Shown here piece by piece: positions 45,060 through 54,996 of a stretch of DNA of 64,000 nucleotides. The notes beneath the pieces were generated by a model that was not told where the DNA came from, searched no databases, and worked only from the letters and a program-made list of their open reading frames with translations. The position numbers were made by a program, and so were the translations under genes. Position 1 is the first letter of the stretch. Every line of letters begins with the position of its first letter. Source of the DNA: Polyangiaceae bacterium (GTDB taxonomy: Bacteria; Myxococcota_A; Polyangia; Polyangiales; Polyangiaceae); NCBI GenBank assembly GCA_035063585.1, contig JAPSGB010000004.1, positions 144,095 to 208,094 on the forward strand. Direction: 5' to 3'.

Positions 45060-46538
45060 TCAATGGACGCCGTGCATCCGCTTCTTCAAGAACGGCGAGA
45101 CGAGGAACGCGATGATGCCGACCGCGAGCGCGAAGAGCGCGATTTGCCCGAACACGCGGCCGTAAATCATGACCGTCTCGGTCGGCGGCGGCACCGCGCC
45201 CGCCGCCGCGCCTTCGCCGTGAACGCCGGTGAGCGCAGCGATGATGCTCGCGACGTACTGCGAGAACGCGGTCGCCAGGAACCAGGTACCCATCATCACG
45301 CCCACGATGCGCGCGGGGGAGAGCTTGGTGATCATGCTGAGCCCGATGGGCGACAGGCACAGCTCCCCGGTCGTGTGCAGGAGGTAGCCGAGCACCAGAA
45401 ACCCGATCCAGACGTGCCCGGTATCCTTGGCGCTGACCGCTCCGAACCAGAGGATGCCGAAACCGGCCGCGAGCTGGACCACGCCGAGCGCGAATTTCGT
45501 CGGCGTGCGCGGCTCGTGCCCCACCTTCGCGAGCTTCACCCAGAGCCAGCTGAAGATGGGCGCGAAAGACAGGATGAAGGCCGGGTTCACCGACTGGAAC
45601 ATCGAGGTCGGGATTTGGTGCCCGAACACCATGCGATCGACGTTCCGCTCAGTGAAGAGGTTGATGGAGCTCCCGGCCTGCTCGAAGAACGCCCAGAAGA
45701 CCATGCTGAAGCTGATGAGCACGAGCGCCACCAGCATCGCGTCACGCTCCTCCTTGGTGGAGCGCGCGGCCATGAAGTAGATGAGCCCGGCGAAGACCAC
45801 GCCGCCGACTACGAGGAGGAGCTGGCCCACCAAGGTGTTTCTCTGCACGAGCAGCCAGGCGATGGCGACCGCCACCGCGGAGCCCAGATAGATCGCGTGC
45901 TCGCGGCTCAAACCGGCGAAGACGGGCCTCCGGAGCTTGTCGACATCGGGCGGTTCCGCGACGCCTCCGAGCAAGCGCTGCCCCCACAGGAACACGATGA
46001 GCCCCGCCACCATCCCGAACCCGGCGAGGCCGAAACCGTAGCTCCACCCGTACTTCTCACCGAGGAACCCGCAGACGAGCGGCGCGATCCCCGCCCCGAG
46101 GTTGATCCCCATGTAGAAGATGGTGAAGCCGGAGTCGCGGCGCGGATCGCCTTCGTCGTAGAGGCGCCCGACCACCGTCGAGATGTTCGGCTTGAAGAAC
46201 CCGTTGCCGCAGATGAGCAGCGCGAGCGCGAGGTAAAAGAAGGTCTGGTTCTCGATGGCCATCGCGAAGTGGCCGAGCGCCATCAAGACCGCGCCGAGGG
46301 TGACCGCCTTGCGATTGCCGAGCAGCCGATCGGCGAGCAGACCGCCGAAGATCGGCGTCGCGTACACGAGCGCGGTATAGCTGCCGTAGACGGCGTAAGC
46401 GGCCTCGTCGGTGAACTCGAACTTGTCCACCATGTAGAGGACGAGGAGCGCCCGCATCCCGTAGTAGCTGAACCGCTCCCACATCTCGGAGAAGAAGAGG
46501 ACGTAGAGCCCCTTCGGATGCCCCTTCTTCACCTCCAT
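45060..46538 (-). CDS. Proton-dependent oligopeptide transporter (DtpT-like)
   Basis: 'GHPKGLY', 'EMWERFSYYGMRA', 'GNGFFKPNIS', 'FYMGINLGA', 'GELCLSPIGLS'. Confidence 0.93.
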   Translation of the reverse strand: MEVKKGHPKGLYVLFFSEMWERFSYYGMRALLVLYMVDKFEFTDEAAYAVYGSYTALVYATPIFGGLLADRLLGNRKAVTLGAVLMALGHFAMAIENQTFFYLALALLICGNGFFKPNISTVVGRLYDEGDPRRDSGFTIFYMGINLGAGIAPLVCGFLGEKYGWSYGFGLAGFGMVAGLIVFLWGQRLLGGVAEPPDVDKLRRPVFAGLSREHAIYLGSAVAVAIAWLLVQRNTLVGQLLLVVGGVVFAGLIYFMAARSTKEERDAMLVALVLISFSMVFWAFFEQAGSSINLFTERNVDRMVFGHQIPTSMFQSVNPAFILSFAPIFSWLWVKLAKVGHEPRTPTKFALGVVQLAAGFGILWFGAVSAKDTGHVWIGFLVLGYLLHTTGELCLSPIGLSMITKLSPARIVGVMMGTWFLATAFSQYVASIIAALTGVHGEGAAAGAVPPPTETVMIYGRVFGQIALFALAVGIIAFLVSPFLKKRMHGVH

Positions 46539-46672
46539 CGCCGCTATGACCTCCGGCTCGTCATGGTCGGGCGGACAGTAAGGGAAACCGCGCCCGAGGC
46601 CAACTGCCCCGTGGAGGGGTGGTCGGCGCGGCGCGGAAAAGGCGCGGGGCGTCTCGCGCGGACGCGAGCGCG

Positions 46673-47821
46673 CTAGAGGTACGGCGCCGCGCGCGGCGCC
46701 GCTTCCGGGCGCACCACGCCGCGGCGCCGCAGCGCGCCGATGAGGCTCGCGATGCGCGCGACGTCGCCGAGCGAGAGCAGCCCGAGGAAGCCGTGCGGGC
46801 CGAAAACGGCTGCGACGTGCCCGCGCACGCCGGCGAGGTGCGCCCGCACCTTCTCGAGCGGCATCGAGGCGTCGAGCACCGGGATCTCGCGGCGCATGAT
46901 GCCGGAGACGAACGCGCCGAGCCCGAGGTCGGCGATCCGCTCGAGCAGCTCGTCGCGAGAGACGATGCCGACCAGCGTCTCGCCGTGCATCACGGCGTAG
47001 TCGGTCTGGGGGCTGCGGAGCATGGTGTCGATCACGCTCCCGAGCTCTTCGCCGGGCGCAAAACTCTGCGCCTGGGGGTCGCAGGCGTCGCCGGCGGTGA
47101 GGCCGGAGAGCGCGTCGTGAGCCGCCGCCATCGCGCGCTCCTGGCCCGCCCCGAGGAACACGAACGCGCCGATGATGGCGAGCCACACGCTCGAGGTGAA
47201 GATCCCGAGCGCGGCGATGCCTGCCGCGAGGAGCTGCCCGACGGTCGCGGCGACCCGCGTCGCGCGGGAGCGCGGCATCAGCATGGCGAGGATGGCGCGG
47301 AACACTCGCCCGCCGTCCATGGGCAAGGCCGGGATCATGTTGAAGACGGCGAGCCCGACGTTGGTCCAGAGCAGCGCCGCGAGCAGCCCGCGCGCCGAGG
47401 GCGGACCGCTCATCGACTCGAAGAAGCGACCGTCGAGGAGCGTCTCGGGCCCGAGCGTCGCGAGCGTGACGCTCGCGAGCACGAACGCGATGACCACGTT
47501 CACGAGCGGCCCGGCGACCGCGATGAGCAGCTCGTGGAGCGGTCGCGATGGCTCGCGCTCGAGCCGCGCGAGCCCGCCGATGGGCAGGAGCACGATCTCG
47601 CGCACCTGCACCCCGACCTGCTGAGCGACCAGGCTGTGCCCGAGCTCGTGCAAGACCACGCAGGTAAAGAGCAGGGTGACGAGGAGCGTGCCGAACGCCG
47701 CGCCCTTCGGCCCGTGCGGCTCTCCAAACATGGCGGCAAAGTAGATGACCACGAGCAGGAAGCTCGCATGCACCTTGATATCGATGCCCGACACGCGGGC
47801 GACGCGGAGAGACCACTTCAT
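46673..47821 (-). CDS. Site-2 protease (M50) with CBS domains
   Basis: 'HELGH', 'LLPIGG', 'AGPLVN', 'FNMIPALPMDGGR', C-terminal CBS pair. Confidence 0.92.
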   Translation of the reverse strand: MKWSLRVARVSGIDIKVHASFLLVVIYFAAMFGEPHGPKGAAFGTLLVTLLFTCVVLHELGHSLVAQQVGVQVREIVLLPIGGLARLEREPSRPLHELLIAVAGPLVNVVIAFVLASVTLATLGPETLLDGRFFESMSGPPSARGLLAALLWTNVGLAVFNMIPALPMDGGRVFRAILAMLMPRSRATRVAATVGQLLAAGIAALGIFTSSVWLAIIGAFVFLGAGQERAMAAAHDALSGLTAGDACDPQAQSFAPGEELGSVIDTMLRSPQTDYAVMHGETLVGIVSRDELLERIADLGLGAFVSGIMRREIPVLDASMPLEKVRAHLAGVRGHVAAVFGPHGFLGLLSLGDVARIASLIGALRRRGVVRPEAAPRAAPYL

Positions 47822-47985
47822 GTCGACGAGCACCCCGGGCGGCGCGAGAGGAGCAATGTAAGGCGTACCGTGGCCGCTGGCGAGCCGGGCGCGTCGAGCG
47901 GCCGATTTGACGCGCGCTCGGCGCGGCGGACCTCTACGCCAGGTCCGCGCCGCCGGCCGCGCCGGACCGGCCTCCCCTGCCCTCG

Positions 47986-50079
47986 CTACCAGACCGCGCA
48001 GGTCTTTTCGGGGTTCATCGGCGTCCCCTTCTTGCACGAGAAGGCCTCGGCGAACTCCGGCAGGTCGGAGATCGCGCCGTTCACGCGAAAGCGCGCCGGC
48101 GAGTGGGGATCGACGGTGGCGGCGAAGCGCGCGTACTCGTCGCGGATCTTCGCGCACCAGATCTGGGCGTTCGAGAGGAAAAATTGCTGATCTTCGCTGA
48201 AGCCGTCGGCGAGGCTGACGCTCTTCGCGTCTCTCCGGAGCGCGCGGTAGGCGGCGAACGCGAGCTTCACGCCGCCGAGATCGGCGATGTTCTCGCCGAG
48301 GGTGAGCTCGCCGTCGAGCTTCACGCCGGGAAGCGGCGAGTACTTGGCATACTGCTCGGCGACGCATTTCGTCTTCGCCTCGAAGCGCTGTTTCACCGCC
48401 GGCGTCCACCAGTCGGCGAGGTTTCCCGCGGCGTCGAACTGGGAACCCTGGTCATCGAAGCCGTGGGTGAGCTCGTGCCCGACCACCATGCCCATCGCGC
48501 CGAGGTTCACCGGGATGTTCGCGGTCACGCTGTAAAATGGCGGCTGGAGGATCCCCGCCGGGAACACCATCTGGTTCTTCTGCGGGTTGTAGTAGGCGTT
48601 CACGGTGGGCGGCGTCATCTCCCAGTCGCCGCGATCGACCGGCTCACCGATCTTCCTGAGCTGGCGCGCGACGTCGAAGGCCTGCGCGCGGAGGAGGTTG
48701 CCCGCGAAATCGACCGGGGAGACCTCGAAATCGTAGGTGCGCCACTTCGACGGATAGCCGATGAGGTAGGCCATCTTCGCGAACTTCTGCTCGGCGCGCG
48801 CGCGCGTCCCGGCGTCCATCCAGTTGAGCCGGCCGAGCTCCTCGAGGAACGCGGCGCCGATGGCGTGCACGAGCGACTCGGCGACCTCCTTCGATTTTCC
48901 GCCGAAATGCTCCTTGACGAAGGGTTGCGCGAGCAGCTCACCGAGCGACTCGTCGGTCGAGTCGACGCAGCGCTTCCACCGCGGTCGGATCTCCTTCTGC
49001 CCGGTGATGAGTTGCCGCAGCTTGAAATCCTCCGCGACGAACGCGGCCGGAAGCGCGGGCGCCATCGCGTGGACGACGTGAAAGCTCAGGTAGCTCTGCC
49101 AGGCGGCGGCCTTCTCCTGGGTGAGGAGCTGGTCCATCCCCTTCAAGAACTTCTGGCTGGTCACGTTGATGTCGACGATCTTGGGGAAGCCGACCCCCTC
49201 GAGGTACCTCTTCCACGGAAAATGCGGCGCGGCCGCTTCGACGCCGGGCAAATCGATCTTGTCGTAGACGGCCTTCGGATCGCGTCGCTCGACCCGCGTC
49301 TGGCTGACGGTGGCGAGCGCGGTCTCGATGCGCATCACGTCCGCCGCGCCCTGCTTGGCCTTGGTCGCCGACGCGCCGAGGAGCGCGAGCATGGCCTCGA
49401 CGTGGGCTCGATACGCGCGGCGAAGCTCCACCGACTTCTCGTCCGTCTTCGTGTAGTAGTCGCGATCCGGCAGGCCGAGCCCGCCTTGGTCGACCTCGCC
49501 GATGAAGCGGGTCGCGTCCTTGAAGTCCTGAGTCGAGCCGAAGCTGAAGAGCGGCGAGAGCCCCCGCTCGTGGAGCGCCGCGACCACCGCGCCGAGCGAG
49601 CGCGCGTCACGCACCGTCTTCACCTGGGCCAGGAGCGGTTCGATGGGGGCGAGGCCGGCCTTCTCGATGGCGGCTTCGTCCATGCAGGCGTGATAGTAGG
49701 CGCCGAGCTGCTTCGTCGCGGGCAGGGCGGCGTCCGAGCTCTCGGCGCCTTCCAGGATTTGCCTGAGAAACTTCTGGTTGTTCTCTTCGATGACGTTGAA
49801 GCTGCGATACCAGCGCGACTCCTCCGGCGGGATCTCGGTGCGCTGGATCCAGCCGCCGCAGGCGAAGCCATAGAAGTCGTCGCACGGGCTCACCGAGCGA
49901 TCGAGCGCGGTGCCGTCGAGCCCGACCGACTCGAGCGAGACCGCCTCGACGATGGGCGCGAGCGGCGCCGGCTCCGAGGGTGGGCCGGGCGGCGCGGCCG
50001 GCGGCGCGCTACCGCTAGTAGCGCAGGCGCCGGCGAGGAGGAGCGCAGCGAGCGGGGTGAGGCGGCGGATTCTCGTCAT
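47986..50079 (-). CDS. M13 family metallopeptidase (neprilysin/PepO-like) lipoprotein
   Basis: Lipobox LAGAC, 'PCDDFY..ACGGW', 'VNAYY', 'HELTHGFD', 'GENIAD', 'DPHSP..FRVNG'. Confidence 0.95.
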   Translation of the reverse strand: MTRIRRLTPLAALLLAGACATSGSAPPAAPPGPPSEPAPLAPIVEAVSLESVGLDGTALDRSVSPCDDFYGFACGGWIQRTEIPPEESRWYRSFNVIEENNQKFLRQILEGAESSDAALPATKQLGAYYHACMDEAAIEKAGLAPIEPLLAQVKTVRDARSLGAVVAALHERGLSPLFSFGSTQDFKDATRFIGEVDQGGLGLPDRDYYTKTDEKSVELRRAYRAHVEAMLALLGASATKAKQGAADVMRIETALATVSQTRVERRDPKAVYDKIDLPGVEAAAPHFPWKRYLEGVGFPKIVDINVTSQKFLKGMDQLLTQEKAAAWQSYLSFHVVHAMAPALPAAFVAEDFKLRQLITGQKEIRPRWKRCVDSTDESLGELLAQPFVKEHFGGKSKEVAESLVHAIGAAFLEELGRLNWMDAGTRARAEQKFAKMAYLIGYPSKWRTYDFEVSPVDFAGNLLRAQAFDVARQLRKIGEPVDRGDWEMTPPTVNAYYNPQKNQMVFPAGILQPPFYSVTANIPVNLGAMGMVVGHELTHGFDDQGSQFDAAGNLADWWTPAVKQRFEAKTKCVAEQYAKYSPLPGVKLDGELTLGENIADLGGVKLAFAAYRALRRDAKSVSLADGFSEDQQFFLSNAQIWCAKIRDEYARFAATVDPHSPARFRVNGAISDLPEFAEAFSCKKGTPMNPEKTCAVW

Positions 50080-50180
50080 GACCCGGCGGACCTTATCACC
50101 CGCTCGGCGGAGCGGGAGCGCAAAGCCGCCCACGCGCGGACCCATCGACACTCGGGAGGATCGCACCTAGGTTGCACGCG

Positions 50181-50531
50181 ATGAATGGCGCCATCCTCGC
50201 CGCGCTCGCGGCGTTCGTCGCGGTCCTCGTCATGACCCGGTTGCTCGCCGCACGCGCGAGAGTGAGCGGCGAAGCGGCGCGCGCGCTGGTGCAGGCGGGC
50301 GCGGCGCTCATCGACGTGCGGACCCCCGGCGAGTTCTCGATGGGGCACCTGCCGGGCGCGCGGAACCTGCCGCTCGGAGAGCTGTCACGGCGAATGACGG
50401 AGCTCTCGAAGGACCAGCCCGTGGTCGTCTACTGCGCGAGCGGCGCGCGCTCGGCGATGGCGCGGCGCTCGCTCATCCGAGCTGGCTTCGACGCCCACGA
50501 TCTCGGCCCTCAGCGCGCCTGGCCAGGCTGA
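50181..50531 (+). CDS. Membrane-anchored rhodanese-like protein
   Basis: 'IDVRTPGEF..GHLPGARN', 'YCASGARS'. Confidence 0.88.
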   Translation: MNGAILAALAAFVAVLVMTRLLAARARVSGEAARALVQAGAALIDVRTPGEFSMGHLPGARNLPLGELSRRMTELSKDQPVVVYCASGARSAMARRSLIRAGFDAHDLGPQRAWPG

Positions 50532-50544
50532 GGGAGGCGGCGGC

Positions 50545-50985
50545 TCACGGCTTCTTCTTGAAGGTGCCGAGCAGGCTCGACCAGATCCGCCAAGTGATGG
50601 GGATGCGGACGCTGGCGCGGCTGCGCTCGAAGAACTTCTCGAGCGCCTGGATCTCGCCGGCGTCGAGCCAGATCCCGCAGTCCTCTGGGCACACGTCGAT
50701 GAGGATCTGCGAGCCGAAGCCGTACGGGCGCATGTCCATTTCGGCGCCGCACTTCGGGCAGCGGGCCGGCCCCGCGAGCTCCTGGTTCGCCGCCGCGAAC
50801 GCCTCGTGCATCGGATCGACGTCTTCGGCGAGCGCCTTCGAGTAGTCGTGCTCGGTCGTCGCCTGGATCTGCTCGAGCTCGCCCTTGTCGAGAAACATTC
50901 CCTGGCAGGAGGGACAGGCGTCCACCTCGATGTTGGCCTCGTAGTCCTTCGGTTCGAGGGTGGCTCCGTCGCGGGGGCACTGCAT
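50545..50985 (-). CDS. Double zf-TFIIB zinc-ribbon protein
   Basis: 'CPRD...VDACPSCQGMFLDKGEL' and 'CPKC...IDVCPEDCGIWLDAGEI'. Confidence 0.85.
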   Translation of the reverse strand: MQCPRDGATLEPKDYEANIEVDACPSCQGMFLDKGELEQIQATTEHDYSKALAEDVDPMHEAFAAANQELAGPARCPKCGAEMDMRPYGFGSQILIDVCPEDCGIWLDAGEIQALEKFFERSRASVRIPITWRIWSSLLGTFKKKP

Positions 50986-51084
50986 GACGGCGGAGCCTAT
51001 CCGACGACGGCGCGCGGCGCCACGCCGCACCGCAGACTGACGGTCGTCATGGGCAGTCGCGGAGCACGGGGCAAAGCTCGAGGG

Positions 51085-51519
51085 ATGCGGATCACCGACG
51101 CGCTCCTCGGCGAGCACGGGGTCTTTTACGCCCTCTTCGACCAGCTCGAGGCCTCCCTCGCGGAGGTCGGCACGGCGCGCGAGCTCGCCGTCGCGGTCGA
51201 GCTCTTGCGCGCCGCGCTCGTATCGCACGCGCGGCTCGAGGACGAGCTCTTGTTCCCCGAGCTCCGCGGCGAGGGCGAGGGCTCCTCGCCCGGCGGGCGC
51301 TCGGAGTCCCACGAGATCGACGGGCTGCTCGGCCGCGTGGTCGCGATGACCGACATCGAGGCGATGCGCGCCGCGGTGAGCTCGCTCCTCGAGCTCATGC
51401 GCGAGCACTTCATCAAGGAAGAGCGCATGGTGCTCCGGGCAGCGGCCAGTCGCTTCGACGAGAGCAAGCAGCAAGAGCTCGGCAGGCAGTGGGCCAAGCT
51501 CCGCAGCGTCGAGCTCTGA
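51085..51519 (+). CDS. Hemerythrin-like (HHE) domain protein
   Basis: 'EH', 'HARLEDELLFP', 'SHEID', 'EHFIKEERMV'. Confidence 0.8.
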   Translation: MRITDALLGEHGVFYALFDQLEASLAEVGTARELAVAVELLRAALVSHARLEDELLFPELRGEGEGSSPGGRSESHEIDGLLGRVVAMTDIEAMRAAVSSLLELMREHFIKEERMVLRAAASRFDESKQQELGRQWAKLRSVEL

Positions 51520-51546
51520 GCGGCGTCGCCGGGCCGCCGGGCGCGC

Positions 51547-52317
51547 TCAGTCGTCCGTCCACACGGGGGCGCGCTTCTCGAGGAACGCGGTGATCCCCTC
51601 GTTGCCGTCGTGGCTCGGGAGGAGGGACTCGAGGTAGTGACGCTCGGCCGCGTCGAGCTCCGCGCCGAGCGCGCTCGCCATCGAGCGGCGGACCGCGGTG
51701 ACCGCTTGACGCAGGGAGTAGGCCGAGAGCCCGGCGAGCGCCGCGTCGTACCAGCCGAGCGCGGCGGCGAAGGGGTCGTCCGTCGACGAGAGGACGCGGG
51801 TCACGAAGCCCACCTCTTCCGCCCGGGCTACGTCGAGGTCCTCCCCGGTGATGAGCAGCCGCTCGGCCAAGCTCGCGCCGAGCCGGTGCGGCCCAATGGC
51901 TGCCAGCACCGGCGGGAGCACGCCGAGCTTGATCTCCGGGCAGCCGAACACCGCGCGGTCGGTCGCGAACACGAAGTGGCATGCGAGCGCGAGCTCGAAC
52001 GCGCCGCCGAGGCAGCGCCCATCCACGACCGCCGCGACCGGCACCGGGTAGCCCGCCACCCGGCGGATGAGCGCGTGAAATCCTGCGAGCATGGCCGGCG
52101 CCTGGTCGCGCTGGTGCTCCTCGACCGAGGCGCCGAACGAGAAGTTCTTGCCAGCGCCGCGGATGGTGACGAGCCGGAGCGCCTTGGCGCTCGCGTGCTC
52201 CGCGAGCGCGGCGTCGAGCTCGCGCATCACGGCGCCGGTGAGGATGTTGCCCTTGGGGTTGTCGATCAGAAGATCGAGCACGCGAGCGTCGCGATGTAGA
52301 CTCGAGGTGACCAGCAT
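51547..52317 (-). CDS. dch: Cyclohexa-1,5-dienecarbonyl-CoA hydratase (crotonase family)
   Basis: 'PKGNIL', 'FSFGASVEEH', 'CLGGAFEL', 'PEIKLGV', 'E..YL..L..SHD..EG..AFLEKR'; adjacent to had. Confidence 0.75.
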   Translation of the reverse strand: MLVTSSLHRDARVLDLLIDNPKGNILTGAVMRELDAALAEHASAKALRLVTIRGAGKNFSFGASVEEHQRDQAPAMLAGFHALIRRVAGYPVPVAAVVDGRCLGGAFELALACHFVFATDRAVFGCPEIKLGVLPPVLAAIGPHRLGASLAERLLITGEDLDVARAEEVGFVTRVLSSTDDPFAAALGWYDAALAGLSAYSLRQAVTAVRRSMASALGAELDAAERHYLESLLPSHDGNEGITAFLEKRAPVWTDD

Positions 52318-52335
52318 GTCGTTCTCTCTTCCTCG

Positions 52336-53400
52336 TCAGTGCTTCGGATCGAGCACCATCCGGCGGGTGAGCCGGTGCTCAGCGAGCGCGGTCATGAGCT
52401 CGTTCAGGCGGGACATCGGCGCGCGCTCGATGGTCGGCTCGAGCTCCACCTTGCCGCCATAGATGAGCTCGAGCACGGCCGGGTAGGCATCGACCGGGCA
52501 GCCCCAGCTCCCGTGGAGCGAGGCGTCGAAGGCCATCAGGTTCGACAGGCGCACGGTGACCTGCTCGCGGGTGAAGCCGACCACCACCATGGTCGCCCCG
52601 TTCGCGAGGAGCGCGTACGCTTGGAGCTGTCCGGCAGCGGTGCCGCTGCACTCGAAGATCCGGTAGCCGAGCGAGCCGACCCCCCAGCCCTTGGCGAACG
52701 CGTGCGCCTGCTTACGCACGTCCTTCGCGTCGCGGCCGCTCACGTCGATGAGCTCGTGAGCGCCGAGCGCCTTCGCCGTCTCGAGGCGGGCCGCGTGGAC
52801 GTCCAGGACCACGACGTGCGCGCCGAGCGCGCGGGCTACCTGGGCGGTGAAGCCGCCCACTCCGCCGCCACCGACCACGAACGCCACATCGCCCGGCTGG
52901 AGCCCGCTCCGCCGCACCGCCTGGTACGCGGTGCTCACCGCGTCGGCGACCACGCCGAGCGCGTCGCGCCGGACGCTCGCCGGCGCGCCCTCGAGCGACA
53001 CCAGAGCCGCCGCGGGGACGAGCAGGTGGGTCGCGAACCCGCCGTGGATGTCGTTGCCAGGCATCTTCTGGCGCGTGCAGGCGTTCCCGCGTCCCGCGCG
53101 ACAAAAGTCGCAGTCGCCGCAGGGCATCACCGACGGCACCAGCACCGGCGAGCCGATCAGCGACTCGAAGCCCGCGCCGGCAGCGACCACGCGTCCCGAG
53201 ATCTCGTGCCCGAGCACCAGCGGCAGCGGGTGCTTCGGCGCGACCGAACCGCTCGCGTAGCCGAGATCGGTATGACAGAGCCCGCACGCCTCGACCTCGA
53301 CGACCGCCTCGCCGACGCCGGGCTCGGCGAGCGTGAGTGATCGCGCGACGAGCGGCTGGCCGACTGCTTCCAGTATCCACGCCTTGGCTTCGATGACCAT
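52336..53400 (-). CDS. had: 6-hydroxycyclohex-1-ene-1-carbonyl-CoA dehydrogenase (Zn-ADH family)
   Basis: 'CHTDLGY', 'GHEISG', 'KMPGNDIHGGFATH', 'VVADAVST.YQA', 'IFECSG', 'RLSNLMAFD...G.WGC'. Confidence 0.85.
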   Translation of the reverse strand: MVIEAKAWILEAVGQPLVARSLTLAEPGVGEAVVEVEACGLCHTDLGYASGSVAPKHPLPLVLGHEISGRVVAAGAGFESLIGSPVLVPSVMPCGDCDFCRAGRGNACTRQKMPGNDIHGGFATHLLVPAAALVSLEGAPASVRRDALGVVADAVSTAYQAVRRSGLQPGDVAFVVGGGGVGGFTAQVARALGAHVVVLDVHAARLETAKALGAHELIDVSGRDAKDVRKQAHAFAKGWGVGSLGYRIFECSGTAAGQLQAYALLANGATMVVVGFTREQVTVRLSNLMAFDASLHGSWGCPVDAYPAVLELIYGGKVELEPTIERAPMSRLNELMTALAEHRLTRRMVLDPKH

Positions 53401-53485
53401 CAGGGCTCCTGGTTGGCTGAGAGGTCCCCAGATGTTGGTGCGAGTCGCGCCAGCGGGCGCTGACGACCGTCAGCCGGAGGCGAGC

Positions 53486-53896
53486 TCAGTTGGCGAGCAC
53501 CCGCCGCTTCGACTGCGGCCAGATGGCGTCCCAGTTCGCGCGGTAGCGGTCACTCGAGACCTGCGCGGGGCCCTTGCGCGCCGCGGCAGCCGGGACCTCG
53601 CGAGCCGCCGCCGGCGCGGGGAGCACCGACTCGACGTCGCAGACGAGCGGGAGCTCGGCGCGGGGGCGCAGCCGAACGACCTCGCCCTGGATCGGCTTTC
53701 CATCCTCGAGCGGGAGCACCGCGCCCGTCTCCACGCGGTCCTCGCGAAGACGGAGCACGCGGAGGCCTTTGCCGTCGTCGGTGCGGCCGTGGACGATCAC
53801 CGCGTCGAGCTTGCCGGGCGCCGCGCGCGTAACCTCCGAGGTAGGGGCGCTCGACTCGGCGCTCGCGCGGGCTCGCTTCGCGGTCACTCGACTCAA
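53486..53896 (-). CDS. Hypothetical protein
   Basis: Coding-like GC3; 'GPAQVSSDRYRANWDAIW' ending; start uncertain. Confidence 0.6.
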   Translation of the reverse strand: MSRVTAKRARASAESSAPTSEVTRAAPGKLDAVIVHGRTDDGKGLRVLRLREDRVETGAVLPLEDGKPIQGEVVRLRPRAELPLVCDVESVLPAPAAAREVPAAAARKGPAQVSSDRYRANWDAIWPQSKRRVLAN

Positions 53897-53927
53897 CTTA
53901 GATCAGGCGGCCGCCCTCGGCCAGGGC

Positions 53928-54824
53928 TCAGAGGCCGATCGCCGAGCGATAGACCCAGCCCTCGCTGCCCTTCGCGTCGTATTTCACGCGATACCAGTCG
54001 CCATTCTTCGCGGTGACGACCACGCGGGTGCCGCGGAGGACGCGCGCGACGACCTTCCCATCCTTCGGCGACTCTCGGATGATCGCCGCCTCCCACGCGA
54101 CCGTCGCCTGACCGCTCGCGGCCGTGACGTCGGGCGCGGCGCCCGGCGGCGCGCCGCTCGCGTCAGTGCGCGGGACCAGAAACTCCGCGACGTAAAATAC
54201 GGTGTAGCTCTCGAACTGATGCTCGACCCCGGCGAGCGAGAGCTGCTCGAGCGAGCTTGCCGCGCAGCGCTGGAGCTCGCGCGCGGCGGCCCCCGAGAGC
54301 GTGGTGCTCTTGCCGATGCCCGAGCCCTTGACCTTGCCCGACTTGAAATCGAGCTCGAAGCCGAGCGAGAGCGTCCCGGTCACCCCCTCGGCCGCCTTGC
54401 ACTCGGCGAGCGCCTGGATCCTCGGGCCGAGGACCGCGCCATAAGCGACCGAGTCGCAGTTCTTGGCCTTGCGACCTTCGGAGTCGGCGCAGCTCGTGAC
54501 GGTGGACTCCTTTACCACCACGCGCTGCGACGAAGACTCATCGATGGCCGGGGGCGCGGAAGGCGCCTCGGCGAGCTTGGCTGCCGGGGGCGGCGGGGCC
54601 GCGCTCGGCGGGGCCGGGGCGTCCGCGGACGCGACCGCGGCGGGGGCGGCCTCGCCATCGTCGGTGGGAGCCGCGGGCGCCAGGTGGATCCCCGCGAGCC
54701 GGGGCCACGCGACCCCAATGACGAAGCCCACCGCGGCGATGAGGCCGACACGCCCGAGGCGGGGGCCGTCCTGACCTGCCGCCGGGACCTCGACGCGGAG
54801 CGCTGCTCGACTTTGACGGGCCAC
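53928..54824 (-). CDS. Membrane-anchored SH3b-domain protein
   Basis: N-terminal TM helix, Pro/Ala linker, 'IRESP..GKVVARV.RGTRV.V...NGDWYRV......EGWVY'. Confidence 0.8.
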   Translation of the reverse strand: MARQSRAALRVEVPAAGQDGPRLGRVGLIAAVGFVIGVAWPRLAGIHLAPAAPTDDGEAAPAAVASADAPAPPSAAPPPPAAKLAEAPSAPPAIDESSSQRVVVKESTVTSCADSEGRKAKNCDSVAYGAVLGPRIQALAECKAAEGVTGTLSLGFELDFKSGKVKGSGIGKSTTLSGAAARELQRCAASSLEQLSLAGVEHQFESYTVFYVAEFLVPRTDASGAPPGAAPDVTAASGQATVAWEAAIIRESPKDGKVVARVLRGTRVVVTAKNGDWYRVKYDAKGSEGWVYRSAIGL

Positions 54825-54996
54825 TCTTCGGAAAACCTCGCTCGCGACCGCCTTAGCACGGACCGACGGCGTGGTAGAAATCTCCGGCCCCGCCGCGCCT
54901 CACCCGAAGCGCGGCGCAGGCGCTCCGCGCGCGCGGAGCCTGCCATTTGTGCTGGAAACGGCGCGGCGGAGAGCGCAGGATGCTCGGCGGGCGGTC

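Noticed and set aside
46539..48409. Apparent long fusions (45060-47816 and 46673-48409 ORFs)
   Set aside because: Upstream extensions overlap neighbouring genes out of frame; real starts are 46538 and 47821
48103..50184. 693-aa plus-strand ORF and similar antisense ORFs throughout the window
   Set aside because: Mirror frames of genuine genes, expected at this GC content
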